From contig CM075990.1 of assembly GCA_038087875.1 (NCBI GenBank), positions 8,186,001-8,250,000 on the forward strand: a stretch of 64,000 nt of DNA, given 5' to 3'. This stretch comes from Malacoraja senta (taxonomy: Eukaryota). Below are positions 1 to 13,158 of the stretch, piece by piece. Numbering within the stretch: position 1 is the stretch's first letter; each line of letters starts with the position of its first letter. Made by a program: the position numbers and the translations under genes. The notes under the pieces are model-generated. The model saw nothing but the letters and a program-made list of their open reading frames with translations. It was not told where the DNA came from and searched no databases.

Positions 1-96
1 CACCTATTCCTTTTCTCCAGAGATGCAGTCTGACACGCTGAGTTACTCCAGCTTTTTGTGTCTAAATATGGGAAGTTCCTGCCTTCCCAGTTGCTC

Positions 97-282
97 GGGT
101 GTGGGTGGGAGGTTGGAGGGGTGGGGAGGTTGGGAGGGAGAGGTTGGGGGAGAGGCAGTGGGGGAGTAATTGAGGAAAGCCAAGGTGTGGTTGTGGAGAG
201 GAGGGGTGGAGTTTGGGGGAGAGAGGGGATGGGAAGGTTTAGGGGGGAGAGGTGGGGGGGGGGGGGATGTTTGGGGAGGGGT
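97..282 (+). repeat. G-rich low-complexity tract with G-quadruplex potential
   Basis: Many runs of three or more G separated by short spacers. Confidence 0.7.
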
Positions 283-661
283 GAGAGTTTTGCAGGTTAA
301 ATAATAAATTTACTGAACCAGCTACCTGAAACCCTGCAGATCAAATAAAAAAAACCAACAGCAGCAGCTCATTTTGGGCATTATGCCTGTACACAAAATG
401 CTCAGACTGAGAAACTGCATTCCCAGGTTGGGCTGCATCAACTGTTGCTGATATACCTTGTATCAGTGATTAATTATACAGACTGGATGTGGAATGAGAT
501 AAGCAATGATTTTACTGTCACCCTCAGATGTCTAACATAGTCTTTAAGAGAAAATGCATACAACACCCTTGCTGCTAAAGTAGCATAACAATAACAAACA
601 AAATGTCATAAATATCTGCTTACGTGGAGTGTAAAAGCTGAACTGAACTGCTCTGGTTGAA

Positions 662-808
662 TGTGTAGGAAGGAACTGCAGGTGCTGGTTTGAACTGAAG
701 ATAGACACAAAAAGCTGGAGTAACTCAACAGGACGGGCATGTCTCCGGGGAAAAGGAATAGGTGATGTTTCGGGCCGAGACACTTCTTCAGACTGGGAGT
801 CAGGGGCC
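662..808 (-). mobile_element. PLE terminal repeat (representative; further copies near 1-66, 1638-1740, 2050-2150, 2348-2540, 3140-3297, 3644-3734, 16265-16360, 20682-20765, 26395-26602, 29247-29370, 31725-31862, 33907-34030, 38005-38102, 44355-44521, 48430-48495, 51207-51307)
   Basis: Shared motif GACACAAAATGCTGGAGTAACTCAGCGGGACAGGCAGCATCTCTGGAGA...GACGTTTCGGGTCGAGACCCTTCTTCAGAC, which follows the GIY-YIG ORF at 19360. Confidence 0.8.
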
Positions 809-1020
809 GTGAATGTTTTGTTTTCACATTTTAATTATCATTAGGTAGAAATTAATATTTGGTCAACAGCGCTAATCACACTATGTTGTGGCAACAGCCT
901 TGGAAATTCAATACACTTGAAGTCAATCAAGTTTCTCGTTTACCTGTTTGAATTCATTTGTTCTAATTGTACTCAAATGGAAGGTATCACTTGAGGACTC
1001 TCTCTGACGGGAGACTTGGG

Positions 1021-1115
1021 CAGACACAAAATGCTGGAGTAACTCAGCGGTGAGGCGGCATCTCTGGAGAGAAGGAATGGGCGACGTTTCGGGTCGAGAC
1101 CCTTCGTCAGACTGA
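1021..1115 (-). mobile_element. Solo PLE terminal repeat with intact hammerhead core
   Basis: 7-bp TSD ACTTGGG (1014-1020, 1116-1122); core 1083-1110 reads CTGACGA A GGGT CTCG ACCC GAAACGTC on the minus strand. Confidence 0.75.
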
Positions 1116-3393
1116 ACTTGGGAGAATCGGGAGCAGGGTTATGTGCTTTGCAAAGAGCGCTATAGAAATCTGTGAATAAATGTTATGAGCCCACCATATC
1201 CTAGTTACCATAGTGACAGTTGCAGCCAAGTGGAGGTTGGGAATTCTGTTTATTTTTGGATTGAATGCATTTCCAGTTGTGGAAAATAGAAAAAACGATG
1301 TTTAAATCTTCAAGGCAGGGTCTTCCTTTGAAGTTCAATGTTTGAACCAGTGGAAGATTGAGGTTAATATGATGTTGGAATTTGATAGATTTTGTAACTG
1401 GGCACTCATTCGATAGAAGAGAGTATCACGAACTTTACCACAAAAAAAATATTATGGCTCAATTTAGGACTACTTGGTCTGATTCTGGTGTTTGAAAGGC
1501 TGTGCTGAAGTGTCTCGTTTGGACAGGAGGCTGCCTGCAAATGTTCATGCAAAAGTAACTCTTAAATTATTTATTCGCTGCTCCCAAAAAAGGTCGTAGG
1601 TGACAGTCATCTCCTTCAGCCTGCATGCAACAATTGGACAAGATAGATACAAAATGCTAGAGTAACCCAGCGGGACAGGCGGCATCACTGGAGAGAAGGA
1701 ATGGATGACGTTTCAGGTCGAGGCCATTTCTTCAGACTGGCGACTGTTTAAGGCAGGGATGAGACAAATGTTTTTTTTCTCTCATGGGGAAGTTTCTGCA
1801 AAGGGCTGAGGAAGCTGAGTTTTAATATCATCAAGGCAAAGGAGGATATATATATATTAGACTGGGAGTGAGGGAATACTTAATCGAGGTCCTAACTAAA
1901 TCAACCATGATCTTATTATGGGGCAGATCAGGCTTGAGGGGCCGAGTGGTTACAACTCCTAATTCAAATGTTCATAACCAGACTACCTATTTATTTCTAT
2001 CTGTGATTATACTTCCTGCCATGGCCTCTTCAAACCTACAAAACAACTGCTATTCCTTCTCTCCAGAGATGCTGCCTATCCCGCTGAGTTACTCCAGCAT
2101 TTCGTGCCTATCTTTGATTTAAACCAGCATCTGCACTTCCTTCCTACACAACAATTGAACAATCCAGCTGTGACTCAAAGGATGAAAGAGTCGACGAGGC
2201 ATACTGCCACAGAGATCAAACGCAGTTATCGATATCGTGAAAGAAGCAAAGACAGACATAATGGGGATGGAAGCCAAAACAGCATATCTGATTAAATAAC
2301 AGAAAATTTAAAATACGGGTCATTAATAACTGATAAATGATTTCCAGGCAAAACGCAAAGTGCTGGTGGACTCAGCGGGTCAGGCAGCATCTGGGGGAGG
2401 GAATAGACGGGTGACGGTTCGGGTCAGGACCCTTTTTCTGACTGTTTATTAGACTTCAGACAGTTCATTTCCTCCCCAGATGCTGCCTGACCAGCTGAGT
2501 TCCCTCTAGCACTTTATGTTTAATTCAAGATTCCAGCTGTAAACAAAAACAAACAAATAGTTATGACTTTTTGCTCTGATTTAGTAGGTTATTGTTGTGC
2601 TACTGTAATCGCAGAGATGGAGTATGCATTCTCACTTAAAAACCATGTAGACATGAACATGCCCAGTACAATGAGTGTGAGAATAAGGTAATCCCTTGTA
2701 ATCCCTTATCTCATTCAATACCCTGTCTGTATAATTAATCACTGATGCAAGAGACATCAGCACCAGTTATATAATGTGGACCTGGAAACACAGTTAATGG
2801 TGTCTCCAAATAAATTCCAGGATTGTCCATGATGTAACCCTAAGTATCAACAGCAAATGGCTTGACCAAGAAGCAGCATCTTTGGAAGGACAAGCACAGA
2901 ATATAGAGATGAGTGTAGATTTAGACCACAGTTTTAATCCTCGGACGAGAGAAGTAGTTGCACATTATTGTAACTCTGCAGGTGCTTCGACTTTATTGAT
3001 GTGGTGCAATGTCAGGTGTTGATGGCAAGGTCAGAATTGATTCCGGCCATTGGACACTTTCCCCTTTGGTTCTCGTCGACTTCAGTTTTACCGGGGCTTC
3101 TGAATGTGTGAGAAACTGAGAACTGTTGATGTTGGTTAATGCACAAAAAGGGAGAAAGTGTTGGAGTAACTGATGGGCAGCATCTGTGGAGAACATGGAA
3201 AGGTGCCGTCCGAAGTAGGGTCTCGACCCGAAACGTCACCTATCCGTGTTGTCCAAAAATGCTGCTGGACCTGCTGAGTTACTTCCAGCACTTTATGACC
3301 TCCTGATGCTGTAACTTTGTCAAATGCCGCCTTGATATTGAGAGCAGCTTCTCTGGAATTCGGCTCTTTGGACTATGTTTGAACCAAGCCTCT

Positions 3394-3783
3394 GGGCGGC
3401 ACGGTGGCAGAGCGGTAGAGCTGTTGTCTTACAGCGCCAGAGACCCGGCCTCGATCTTGACAACGGGTGCTTGTCTGCACGGAGTTTGTATGTTCACTCC
3501 TGAGTGGGTTTTCTCTGAGATTTTTGGTTTCCTCCCACACGTCCAATGATGTAGGTTAATTGGCTTCGTGTAAATGTAAAAATTGTCCCCAGTGTGTGTA
3601 GGATAGTGTTCATGTGGTCGCTGTGGACTTGGAGGGCCAAAGGTAACTCAGTCTGCAGAAGAGTCTTGACCCGAAACGTCACCCATTCCTTCGAACCAGA
3701 GATGCTGCCTGTCCCGCATTTTATGTCTATCTTCGGTGGGCCAAAGGGCTTGTTTACGTGCTGTATCTCTAAACTAAACTAAA
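3394..3783 (+). mobile_element. tRNA-derived V-SINE (HE1-like) with a nested PLE repeat
   Basis: A-box TGGCAGAGCGG, degenerate B-box, V-domain GGAGTTTGTATGTTC..TTTCCTCCCACAC, LINE-like tail with (TAAAC)n; insert 3644-3734 has TSD GG(A/T)GGGCCAAAGG. Confidence 0.85.
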
Positions 3784-4457
3784 GGTCTGGAGTAACGTAT
3801 CCTGGCAAAACAAGCTATGGGTCAGTGAGGAGGTTAATGGCGAGTGTACCACTTAACAGCAATGCTGTTGAAACCTTCCAATTGTTGCTGATGGTCGAGA
3901 GTAGACTGGGCAATAACGAGCTGGATTGGACTTGTCTTGGAATGGACAAATGTGGGCAGTTTTCCACATTATTGGATGGATTCTGGTACTGCAACTACAC
4001 CAGCAATTTGTTTCTGAATTACAGATGATTTAAATAATTGAATGTAAATTCACTGCTGCCATGGTGGAAATAGACTGTGTATCTCTGCATTAGTCAAGCC
4101 CTCTGTATTTTTGGTTCTGTAATTTACCAACTATCCCATGAACCACTTCATCACTATTTCTTGGTAACTCAGCCAACGTGCCATGATTTATTTTGTAACT
4201 TATTGTACCCCTGCTCCCTGTCAGTGAGATTGGTTAAATTGCCATCTTATTTGAAAAAATAATGATGCTTAATACAAGGCTAGAGAATAAGGCTAAACTA
4301 TGCACCAATATTCACAACTGATCAGCAAATGCATTCAGACCAATATATCATTCTGGTCATAGGCTGATGAATAGCAAGTAACATACTCTTCGTAGAGTAG
4401 CCAAACAATGACCACCTCTAACAAAGAGCCCAACTACTTACCCTTGGCTTTCATTGA

Positions 4458-4785
4458 CATGATGTTTCCACTAGTGGGAGAGTCTAGGACCAGAGGTCAT
4501 AGCCTCACAATTAAAGTACGTTCCTTTAGGAAGGAGATGAGGATGAATTTCTTTGGTCAGAGGATGGTGAATCTGTGGAATTCATTGCCACAGGCGGCTG
4601 TGGAGGCCGCCAATGGCTATTTTAAAGGCAGAGATAGATAGATTCTTGATCAGTAACAGCGTTGGGGGTTATGGGGAGAAGGCAGGAGAATGGGGTTAAG
4701 AGGGAAAGAGAGATCGGCCATGATCAAATGGTGGAGTAGACTTGATGGGCTGAATAGCCTAATTCTGCTCCTATCACTTATGAAC
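4458..4785 (+). mobile_element. CR1/HER1-like LINE 3' fragment
   Basis: MFPLVGESRTRGHSL..NFFGQRMVNLWNSLPQAAVEA plus 3' UTR. Confidence 0.85.
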
Positions 4786-5029
4786 ATGACATCACTATCA
4801 CAGAGTTCCTGACCATTAACTTTCGGGGAGTCACCATTGACGAGAAAGTACTGGGCGACCCACATAAGCAATTGTTGAAGTTGTAGACAGAGAGGAACTC
4901 TGTCAACAAGGTGGTGGAGGTAGCAAGGATAGTGGCATGTAAAGAGCTTTAAAATAGGCACATAGGTATGAAGGAATGGAGGATATGGATCATGTGTTGG
5001 CAGAGGAGATTAGTTTCACTCAGCATCAT

Positions 5030-5308
5030 AGAACATAGAAACATAGAAAATAGGTGCAGGAGGAGGCCATTCGGCCCTTCGAGCCAACACCGCCATTCAT
5101 TGTGATCATGGCTGATCGTCCCCAATCAATAAGCCTTCTCCCCATATCCCTTGACTCCACTAGCCCCTAGAGCTCTATCTAACTCTCTTAAATCCATCCA
5201 GTGACTTGGCCTCCACTGCCCTCTGTGGCAGGGAATTCCATAAATTCACAACTCTCTGGGTGAAAAAGTGTTTTCTCCCCTCAGTCTTAAATGACCTCCC
5301 CATTATTC
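5030..5308 (-). mobile_element. CR1/HER1-like LINE 3' fragment
   Basis: Reverse complement of about 24120-24401; (TCTATGTT)n tail. Confidence 0.85.
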
Positions 5309-5833
5309 TATCATGTTCAGTAAGGTGCACCAAAGGGTTCTATTCCTGCGCTGTGTTGTTCTATGGTCTACGTGGCTGCAGGCACAGATGAGAAGTAGGT
5401 ATCCTGTGGCAATGGACACACCTCCTAAGCCTTCGCACCATCTGCAAGGTACAAGACAGACTCTGCACTTGGCTGGATGAGTGCAGCTCGAACATGCAGC
5501 TTGGCCCCATCTGACCAAAGCAGCCCACTTTATTGATAGCCCATCCATTGCCTCTCCACTGCTGGTGCACTGTGACAGCAGTGTGTACCATCTACACGAT
5601 TTGCCACAAGTGACTCACATGGCATAGTCATGGAAACATACAACACAGAAACAGGCCCTTTGGCCCATCTTGCCAATGCAAACCGGTTTTCTAAATGAGC
5701 TAGTCCCATGTGCCTGCTTTTGCCCATGTCCCTCTCACCTTTTGCTGTCCATGCACTTATCACAGCGTCTTTTGAAACTCACCAGTGTGCCGGCCTCTAG
5801 ACCTTCCTTTAGCAGCTCGTACATCCTAGATCA

Positions 5834-6148
5834 TTAGTTTAGTTTAGTTCAGTTTAGAGATACAGCGCAGAAACAGGCCCTTCGGCCCACCGGGTCTGCG
5901 CCGACCAGATTAACACTATCCTGCACACACTAGGGACAATTTTTTACATTTACCAAGCCAATGTACCTACAAACCTGTACGTCTTTGGAGTGTGAGAGGA
6001 AACGAAGATCTTGGAGAAAACCCACGCTGGCCACGGAGAGAGCGTACAAACTCCGTACAGACAGCACCCGTAGTCGGGATCTACCCCGGGTCTCCGGTGC
6101 TGCGAGCACTGTAAGGCAGCAACTCTACCGCTGCACCACTGTGCTGCC
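5834..6148 (-). mobile_element. V-SINE (HE1-like), near full length
   Basis: Reverse complement of the tRNA head, V-domain and tail consensus. Confidence 0.9.
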
Positions 6149-6876
6149 AATTTTATTACTGGGAATAAATCCCGGAACTCCCTCCCAACAATACAATTTA
6201 ACCAGCAACACTGTAGAACAAAGAAAGGATATTTTAAGCCTGTGTTTTATTCAACCTGGCCATGCGATTTAATAGCTCCGTATTAAAATGTAGAAAAGAG
6301 ACGGATGTTATGGAAAACTGGATATGGATCGGGTAATTATAGCAGCACATTGTTGGGCCAATAATTGAATTGAAATTGCTTATGAGCGCTTTAGACTTGC
6401 GTGTGAGAATATCAATTTCACTGTCATGAATTCAGTGGCGAGTAGCCCATTTAGTAACTGGCTTTGTGATAGGCATCATCTTTGATTGATGACATGTTGT
6501 GTAAAAAGTTGGCTGATTGTCTGACTATAGATTGCCAACTTCCTAAAAAAAAACTTCTCCAGGAATGATTGGAAACTAAAGTCTTTATTTACCACGTGGT
6601 CTGTGGATTCAATCCCAGATTACCTTCTGTTCTTCGAAACAGTCTTCCACTCTTTTAAAAAAAAAAAAAGTGCAGCATTTAATGTTATTTTGAACATCTA
6701 ATGCTTTGGATGGAGTGATTAGCTAGTTAGGCTGGACGAGAAACTATAGTATTGAAGCATCATGATAGTTCATCTAAAGCAGAGTTCAGTTCTGGAGATT
6801 AGGAATGTTAAAAGAAAGAACATTATAGGAAATGGCGAGACCTGGTAATGGATTAGTGGTAAAATAATGCATGTGA

Positions 6877-7135
6877 AGGGCCTGTCCCACTTAGGAGACT
6901 AGGCGACTGCCAGGGACTAGTTTTAATGGGATTCTCCTACGACACCTGGCTCCAACCTACGACACCTGCTCCAACCTACGACACCTGGCTCCAACCTACG
7001 ACACCTGGCTCCAACCTACGACAACCTACGACAGCAAAAATTGTTGCCACTATTGCCAAAAAATTTGAACATATTGAAAATTTTGCAGCAGTCGCCTGTA
7101 GTCACTCAAAAAATTGCCTAAGTGGGACAGGCCCA
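6877..7135. mobile_element. PIF/Harbinger-type MITE
   Basis: TIR GGGCCTGTCCCACTTAGG / CCTAAGTGGGACAGGCCC; flanks TGA and TTA; internal ~20-bp tandem CCTACGACACCTGGCTCCAA. Confidence 0.8.
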
Positions 7136-7397
7136 TTAAAGTTCAACCCACAACCAGAGAACTGTGCTACACTATTAATCACCTTTTGTGACTCTTGGAC
7201 TTCCCTTGATCAGACTCTGCTGCTTTACCTTGAACTAAACCTTATTCCCTTGTATTGTAAATGTACTGTAATACAGTAACTACACTGTCTGGCTCGATTG
7301 TGACCATGTTCTATTCTTCTGCTGACTGAATAGCACGCAGCAAAATCGATAGCACGCGACAATAAACTAAACGGAACTTTTGTTACTTTTTTTTTTG

Positions 7398-7950
7398 ATT
7401 TCTTTCTCTCTCTTTCTTTCTCTCTCTTTCTGTCTCTCTCTTTCTTCTCTCTCTTCTTCTCTCCTTCTTTCTCTCTCTTTCTTTCTCTCTCTTTCTTTCT
7501 CTCTCTTTCTTTCTCTCTCTTTCTTTCTTTCTCTCTCTCTTTCTCTCTCTTTCTTTCTCTCCCTCTCTTTCTCTCTCTTCTCCTCTCTTCTCCCTCTCTT
7601 TCTCCTCTCTTCTCCTCTCTTTCTCCCTCTCTTTCTCCCCTCTCTTTCTCCCTCTCTTTCTCCCTCTCTTTCTCCCTCTCTTTCTCCCTCTCTTCCTCCC
7701 TCTCTTTCTCCCTCTCTTCTCCCTCTCTTTCTCCCTCTCTTCTCCCTCTCTTTCTCCCTCTCTTTCTCCCTCTTTCTCCCTCTCTTTCTCCCTCTCTTTC
7801 TCCCTCTCTTTCTCCTCTCTTTCTCCCTCTCCCTCTCCCTCTCCTCTCTCCTCTCCCTCCCCCTCCTCTCCCTCTCCCTCTCCCTCTCCCTCTTCCCTCC
7901 TCTCCCTCTCCCTCTCCCCTCTCCCCTCTCCCTCTCCCTCTCCCCCCCTC
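7398..7950. repeat. Polypyrimidine compound microsatellite (CT, CTTT, TTCTCCCTCTCT, CCCTCT)
   Basis: About 550 bp almost entirely C/T on the plus strand. Confidence 0.97.
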
Positions 7951-10471
7951 CACCGCCCTTTCTCATTCTCTTTCTGTTTCCCCGTTTGATTCATTTGGTA
8001 ATAAAAGCATGGGCGTGTAGGTGACTTGATATAAAGGGCATATTACATTAGTGCAATAATTTTTAGACAGATGTATTTCTGAAACATTTCAGAAAACAGC
8101 AGTTGGGAGCATTTAGGGTTTTGAAATGTATTGGATGAGATGTTCGGCAAAGTGGATCTGGTATAACTTTAATTAGATCATCCTATTCAGAGTATCACTC
8201 CCAGAACGGTTAACTGCGTGAAACCATAATGGAAAGGTGATGTGAAATGTGAAGAAAGTGAGCAATTGTAAAGCTTGATCACCCTGTAGAATGGGATGTG
8301 CGTTAAAACTAAACTAGATTTAAATTTCGACATTCTGGAATTAAGTACTTCAATGGAACAACCAAAAGTAGATGGTGTTTTAAGGGCAAATAAAACATTT
8401 ACACAAATTAAATATAGATAAATTTGCACTTTAATTCTCATCCTTTGCTGACCCATGGAAAATAAAGCATCATTCTCTTTAGTGAAGCTTCTCGTTGCTT
8501 TGATAGGTATTCCAGTGCATAATAGAACTGAACTCTGAAAACACTCACAGCTCTGACACCTTCTGTGTTCTTGGGATTGTCACATGTTCCAAGATGTAGG
8601 GAAAAGGTTTGTTTCAAATTATACCATACATGAGTACAATCAAGATATATATAACTACAACTAGTGCATGTCCTAAAGACGTACTGTTTGGGAAGTTAAC
8701 TAGCTTTTGTATATTGCACCTAGTGTGTACGGAGTGGATGAGAAAGTGTAACAGTTTAAAACTCGTGTGAACGGATGATCGATGCTTGGCATCGACTCGG
8801 TGGGCTGAACAGAGCCTGTTTCCTTTCTGTATCTCTAAACTCAGCTATTGTGTATCATTTCAGAAATCTAGAAATTCTGCCATTTAGCTCGGTGTTTAGG
8901 AGCACAGTGTGATCTAACCAGTTAAAGGAAAACAAGCAAAATGGAATCCGTGAACTTGCAGCGAGTTGCACTTGGCCTGTTATTTTCGCCTCTGACAGAA
9001 GAACCTGGAAATGATGATGGTGTGGACCACTTAAAAAGAGGTGCCCTGCACAACAGTTGTGAGATCCATAGCTACTTCAGGGGGCTATTCTAACCAATTT
9101 GTAGGTTTGTATGTTAATTGGCTGCTGTAAATTGTCCCTCGTGTGTAGGAGTGGATGAGAAAGTGGGATAACATGAGATAATTGGCATGGACTCCTAGGG
9201 CCAAAGGGCCTGTTTCCATGCTGTATCTTTCAATCAATTCAATCAATCAAACCCTTCTCCAATCTGTCTACCATCTACTTTGGATCCATGTCCCCCAGTA
9301 TTAGATCCCTCTACTGAGGATTTTTTTTTCTCTTCCTATGTAATCAAGGCTCTTGTAACTTTTGAGTTGGTCCCCTTACCCACCTCTCCTGTTCTAAAAA
9401 GGGATAACATTTTGCAAATCTCCTTTGACTGTTGCATCCTTCCCATAACGTTGTGACTGGAACTGTACCTAGCAGTCCAAAATCCTCCTGCTTTTCTTTT
9501 AATAGCTAAGAATTAACATTATTCAGTACTAGCATGTTTTTTAAAATTGATGTTATGTTATGAACTGGTCTCTCTAGGTTGCCACTGTGTCTATAGAGTG
9601 TCCCAGGCAAGGTGGCTGTGAGGAAGCCTTGCATAAAGAGGGCAAACCTTGTGTTTTATGTATTTGTTTATGCGGTTTGCAAAATGGAGTTTGTTGGCTG
9701 TTTAAAATCCACAGGGAACATGTTGGATTGGCCGTTGTAGCGTTGGGTCTGGTCATAGACTCATAAGTTGTACAGCATGGTAACAGGCCATTCAGCCCAC
9801 CTTGTCCATGACGACCACATTGTCATCCTGGGCTGGTCTGATTTGCCTGCATTTGGCCTGTATCTAAACCCCTGCAATCCACATGTCAGTCCAAATGTCT
9901 ATTGAAAGTTGTAATTGTTTCCGGTAAAAGTCATTTTGTCAGGATCTGATTGTAATTTTGCTTAGTTAGCCCATCATTTACTGTTTGTTGAACCATTATG
10001 ATCCATTGAATGTTCTGTTCCCAAAGGGGCTGATCCCCTGGTTTTCACTATAATGTTTCACCGCACTTTTTTCCTAGAATCAAGGCTTCATTTTACCTCA
10101 ATCCAATACATTTGCCTTAGATAATTCTTGTTGTTTTTATCACTGCTCTGTGTTCCTATCTGATGTAATGTGAGGACAGCAAGTATATTGAAATCAGAAT
10201 GACATATGAGACAAATATCCAGCTCATTGTATTTCTTCATCAATGAGTTATAGGCAATGATTTTCTGGAAGGTAATTTTATGCCCCAATTGAATTTCAAT
10301 AATTCCACAATTGGGCAGAGCACAGTTTTGTTGACAATGCTGGTCATAAATTACTTTGTGGACTCTTTCAGAAATATTAAATGTCTATTCAATTGATGAA
10401 GCTCTTTGTTATTAATGATCCTGTACCCACTCCACTTTTCTGCTAATCAATGTCTCCATTTTGCTCATCTC

Positions 10472-10940
10472 TGATTTACGAGGATGTTGCCAGGACTAGA
10501 GGGTCTGAGCTATAGGGAGAGGTTGAGTAGGCTGGGACTCTATTCCCTGGAGCACAGGAGGATGAGGGGTGATCTTATAGAGGTGTATAAAATCATGAGA
10601 GGAATAGATTGGGTAGATGCACAGAGTCTCTTGAATCAAAGACCAGGGGACATAGGTTCAAGGTGAAGGGGAAAAGATTTAATAGGAATCTCAGGGGTAA
10701 CATTTTCATTCAAAGGGTGGTGAGTGTATGGAACAAGCTGCCAGATGAGGTAGTTGAGGTAGGGACTATCCCAACATTTAGAAACAGTTAGACAGGTATA
10801 TGGATCGGACAGATTTGGAGGGATATGGACCAAATGCAGGCAGGTGGGACTAGTGAAGCTGGGACATGTTGGCCGGTGTGGGCAAGTTGGGCTGAAGGGC
10901 CTGTTTCCACACTGTATCACTCTGTGTCTCTATGACTCTT
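10472..10940 (+). mobile_element. CR1/HER1-like LINE 3' fragment
   Basis: MLPGLEGLSYRERLSRLGLYSLEHRRMRGDLIEVYKIM and TRGHRFKV..RVVSVWNKLP. Confidence 0.9.
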
Positions 10941-11196
10941 TGGAATGTTCAAAGCGATCTGATCTTCGTACATTCCAGCCAATGTCTGTCTTCATTCCAT
11001 GGGAGAAGGGGAGTGGACACACCTTACGTTGTAGAGATACAACATGAAAACAGGTCCATTGTCCCACCAAGTTCACAACGACCATCGATCACCTGTTCCC
11101 ACTAGTTCTATGTTATCCCACTTTCTCGTCCATTCCTGACATGCTAGAGACAATTTAGAAGGGTGATTAACCTACAAATCTGCATGCCTTTGCTTC

Positions 11197-11483
11197 TAGT
11201 TTAGGTTTGGACATACAGCATTGAAACGGGCACTTTGGCCCACCGGGTCCGCGCTGATCAGCGATCCCCATACACTGGACCTATCCTATACACTGGTAAC
11301 ACTTTGCAGAAGCCAATTAACCTAATAACGTGCACGTCTTTTCTATGTGGGAAGAAACCGGAGCACCTGGATGAAACCAACAGAGTTGCAGGGAGAACCT
11401 GCAAACTCCACACAGACAGCACCCCTGAGGTCGGGATCGAACCCATGTCACTGGCGCTGTAATGAAGCAGCTGTGCCACTGTG
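11197..11483 (-). mobile_element. V-SINE (HE1-like)
   Basis: Same consensus; adjacent partial copy at about 11027-11190. Confidence 0.85.
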
Positions 11484-11686
11484 CATTATGAATTCTAATA
11501 CTGTGGCAATTCATTGGGGTTGGTCATAATATGTAGTAGAATTTCACTGTTCATCATCTTGAACCACAATGTTGTACTTTGTTCTGTTTAACAACAATCT
11601 TATGCATCAAGGAAAGGATATCTCAGCATTTATGTCTGCACCAATGTTGCTGCCTTCTGTGGTAGTGACTCTGACCTGTGTCTGTG

Positions 11687-11992
11687 TTTAGTTTAGTTTA
11701 GAGAAACAGTGCGGAAACTGGCTCTTCGGCCCATCAAGTCTGCACCAACCAGCGATCCCTGCAGACTAACACTATCCTACACACACACTAGGGACATTTA
11801 TACATTTATACCAAGCCAATTAACCTACAAACCTGTACCTCTTTGGAGGGTGGGAGGAAACTGAAGATCTCGGAGAAAACCCATGGAGGTTACGGGGAAA
11901 ACGTACAAACTCCGTGCAGACAAGCACCTGTAGTCAGGATCGATCCCGAGTTCCCAGCGCTGTCAGGCAGCAGTTCAACCCCTACGCCACCA
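11687..11992 (-). mobile_element. V-SINE (HE1-like)
   Basis: Same consensus, with (GTTTA)n at the start on the plus strand. Confidence 0.9.
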
Positions 11993-12141
11993 TGTGGTGC
12001 AAAAGCAAAAATGTCTTGGTAATTAACATTGCACCCAATGTCCTGGAGGTACCAAATCTGTGTTCCGGGTTTGGAAAGTGCTTATTCCATTGATTTGATT
12101 AATACTGCTATTGTGACTATGATTGTTGCTGTGCGATTATA

Positions 12142-12305
12142 AGTAGAATATGAGGTGCTGTTCCACCAGTTCACGTGTGGCCTTGCTCGGGCAATGGAGG
12201 AGGCCCAGGATAGAAAAGTCGGTAAGATAATGGGAAGGGGAGTTAAGATAGTTAACAACTGAAATATCCAGCAGACCTTGGCGGACCGAGCACAAGTGTT
12301 TGGTC
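12142..12305 (-). mobile_element. Penelope-like GIY-YIG C-terminal remnant
   Basis: Minus frame KHLCSVRQGLLDISVVNYLNSPSHYLTDFSILGLLHCPSKATRELVEQHLIFY, homologous to about 19465-19620. Confidence 0.75.
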
Positions 12306-12410
12306 TTAAGAATTTTTTGAAAGGTGTGTGTGTGTGTACTCCAGTGCAGCCCTCCCTCAGCACGACATGCGGCCAGTCAAGGTGAAGATATCTTTCTGAT
12401 ACGGTGGCAT

Positions 12411-12724
12411 GAGGGAGGCACGATGGTGCAGCGGTAGAGGTTCTGCCTTACAGCGCCAGAGACCCGGGTTCGATCCTGACTAGGGGTGCTTGTCTGTACG
12501 GAGTTTGTACCTTCTCCCCGTGACCTGCGTGGGTTTTCGTTGAGATCTTCAGTTTACCTCCCACACTCCAAAGACGTACCAGTTTGCAAGTTAATTGGCT
12601 TGATCTAATTGTCAGATTGTCCCTCTTGTGTGTAGGATAGTGTTAATGTGCGGGGATCGCTGGTCGGGGTGGACTCGGTGGGTCGAAGGGCCAGTTTCCA
12701 TGCTGTATGTCTAAACTAAACAAA
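12411..12724 (+). mobile_element. V-SINE (HE1-like), full length
   Basis: A-box TGGTGCAGCGG, B-box GGTTCGATCC, V-domain, tail GGGTCGAAGGGCCAGTTTCCATGCTGTATGTCTAAACTAAAC. Confidence 0.92.
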
Positions 12725-13158
12725 ACATGAGGGTCCTGTATGAATCCAATCCTTTCGAGTGAGTGTGACATGTAGCATTTCTGCTCAGACACCAATGTGA
12801 CAGTGTCGATCATCTGGCTGTAATAAGATTGAGATTGGATCTGGCTGCAGAAGGCCGCTGTATTTAGTAATCAGAGACATGGCTTTCAATGCCAGCAGAA
12901 CTGGGAGCTATGACCATCCAGCAGATCCATCCATTCTTTAAATGTGTGTCATCCATTACTGTGGCAGTGGCATGATTATATTGCTATGTGGGCCGAAATT
13001 GCTCTTCTAAATATTTATTCTGATAACCAAAAAATGAAGTGAAAGCAAAAAACAAAAAAGGAACTCGCATGCAAACCTATTAGTTCCAATCACCTCCAGT
13101 ACATAGAGCATGGATCTGCAGTGGTCTCCAACACCAGCCAGCCAATCAGAGAGAAAAT

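Noticed and set aside
6935..7030. ~20-bp direct repeats resembling a CRISPR array
   Set aside because: Contiguous tandem with no unique spacers, inside a MITE; eukaryotic context and no cas genes.
7225..8024. Four overlapping 199-242 aa ORFs rich in E/R/G/K or L/S/F
   Set aside because: Translation of a C/T microsatellite that lacks stop codons.
12411..12485. tRNA-like A/B-box sequence, many copies
   Set aside because: SINE heads continuing into the V-domain and LINE tail; not tRNA genes.
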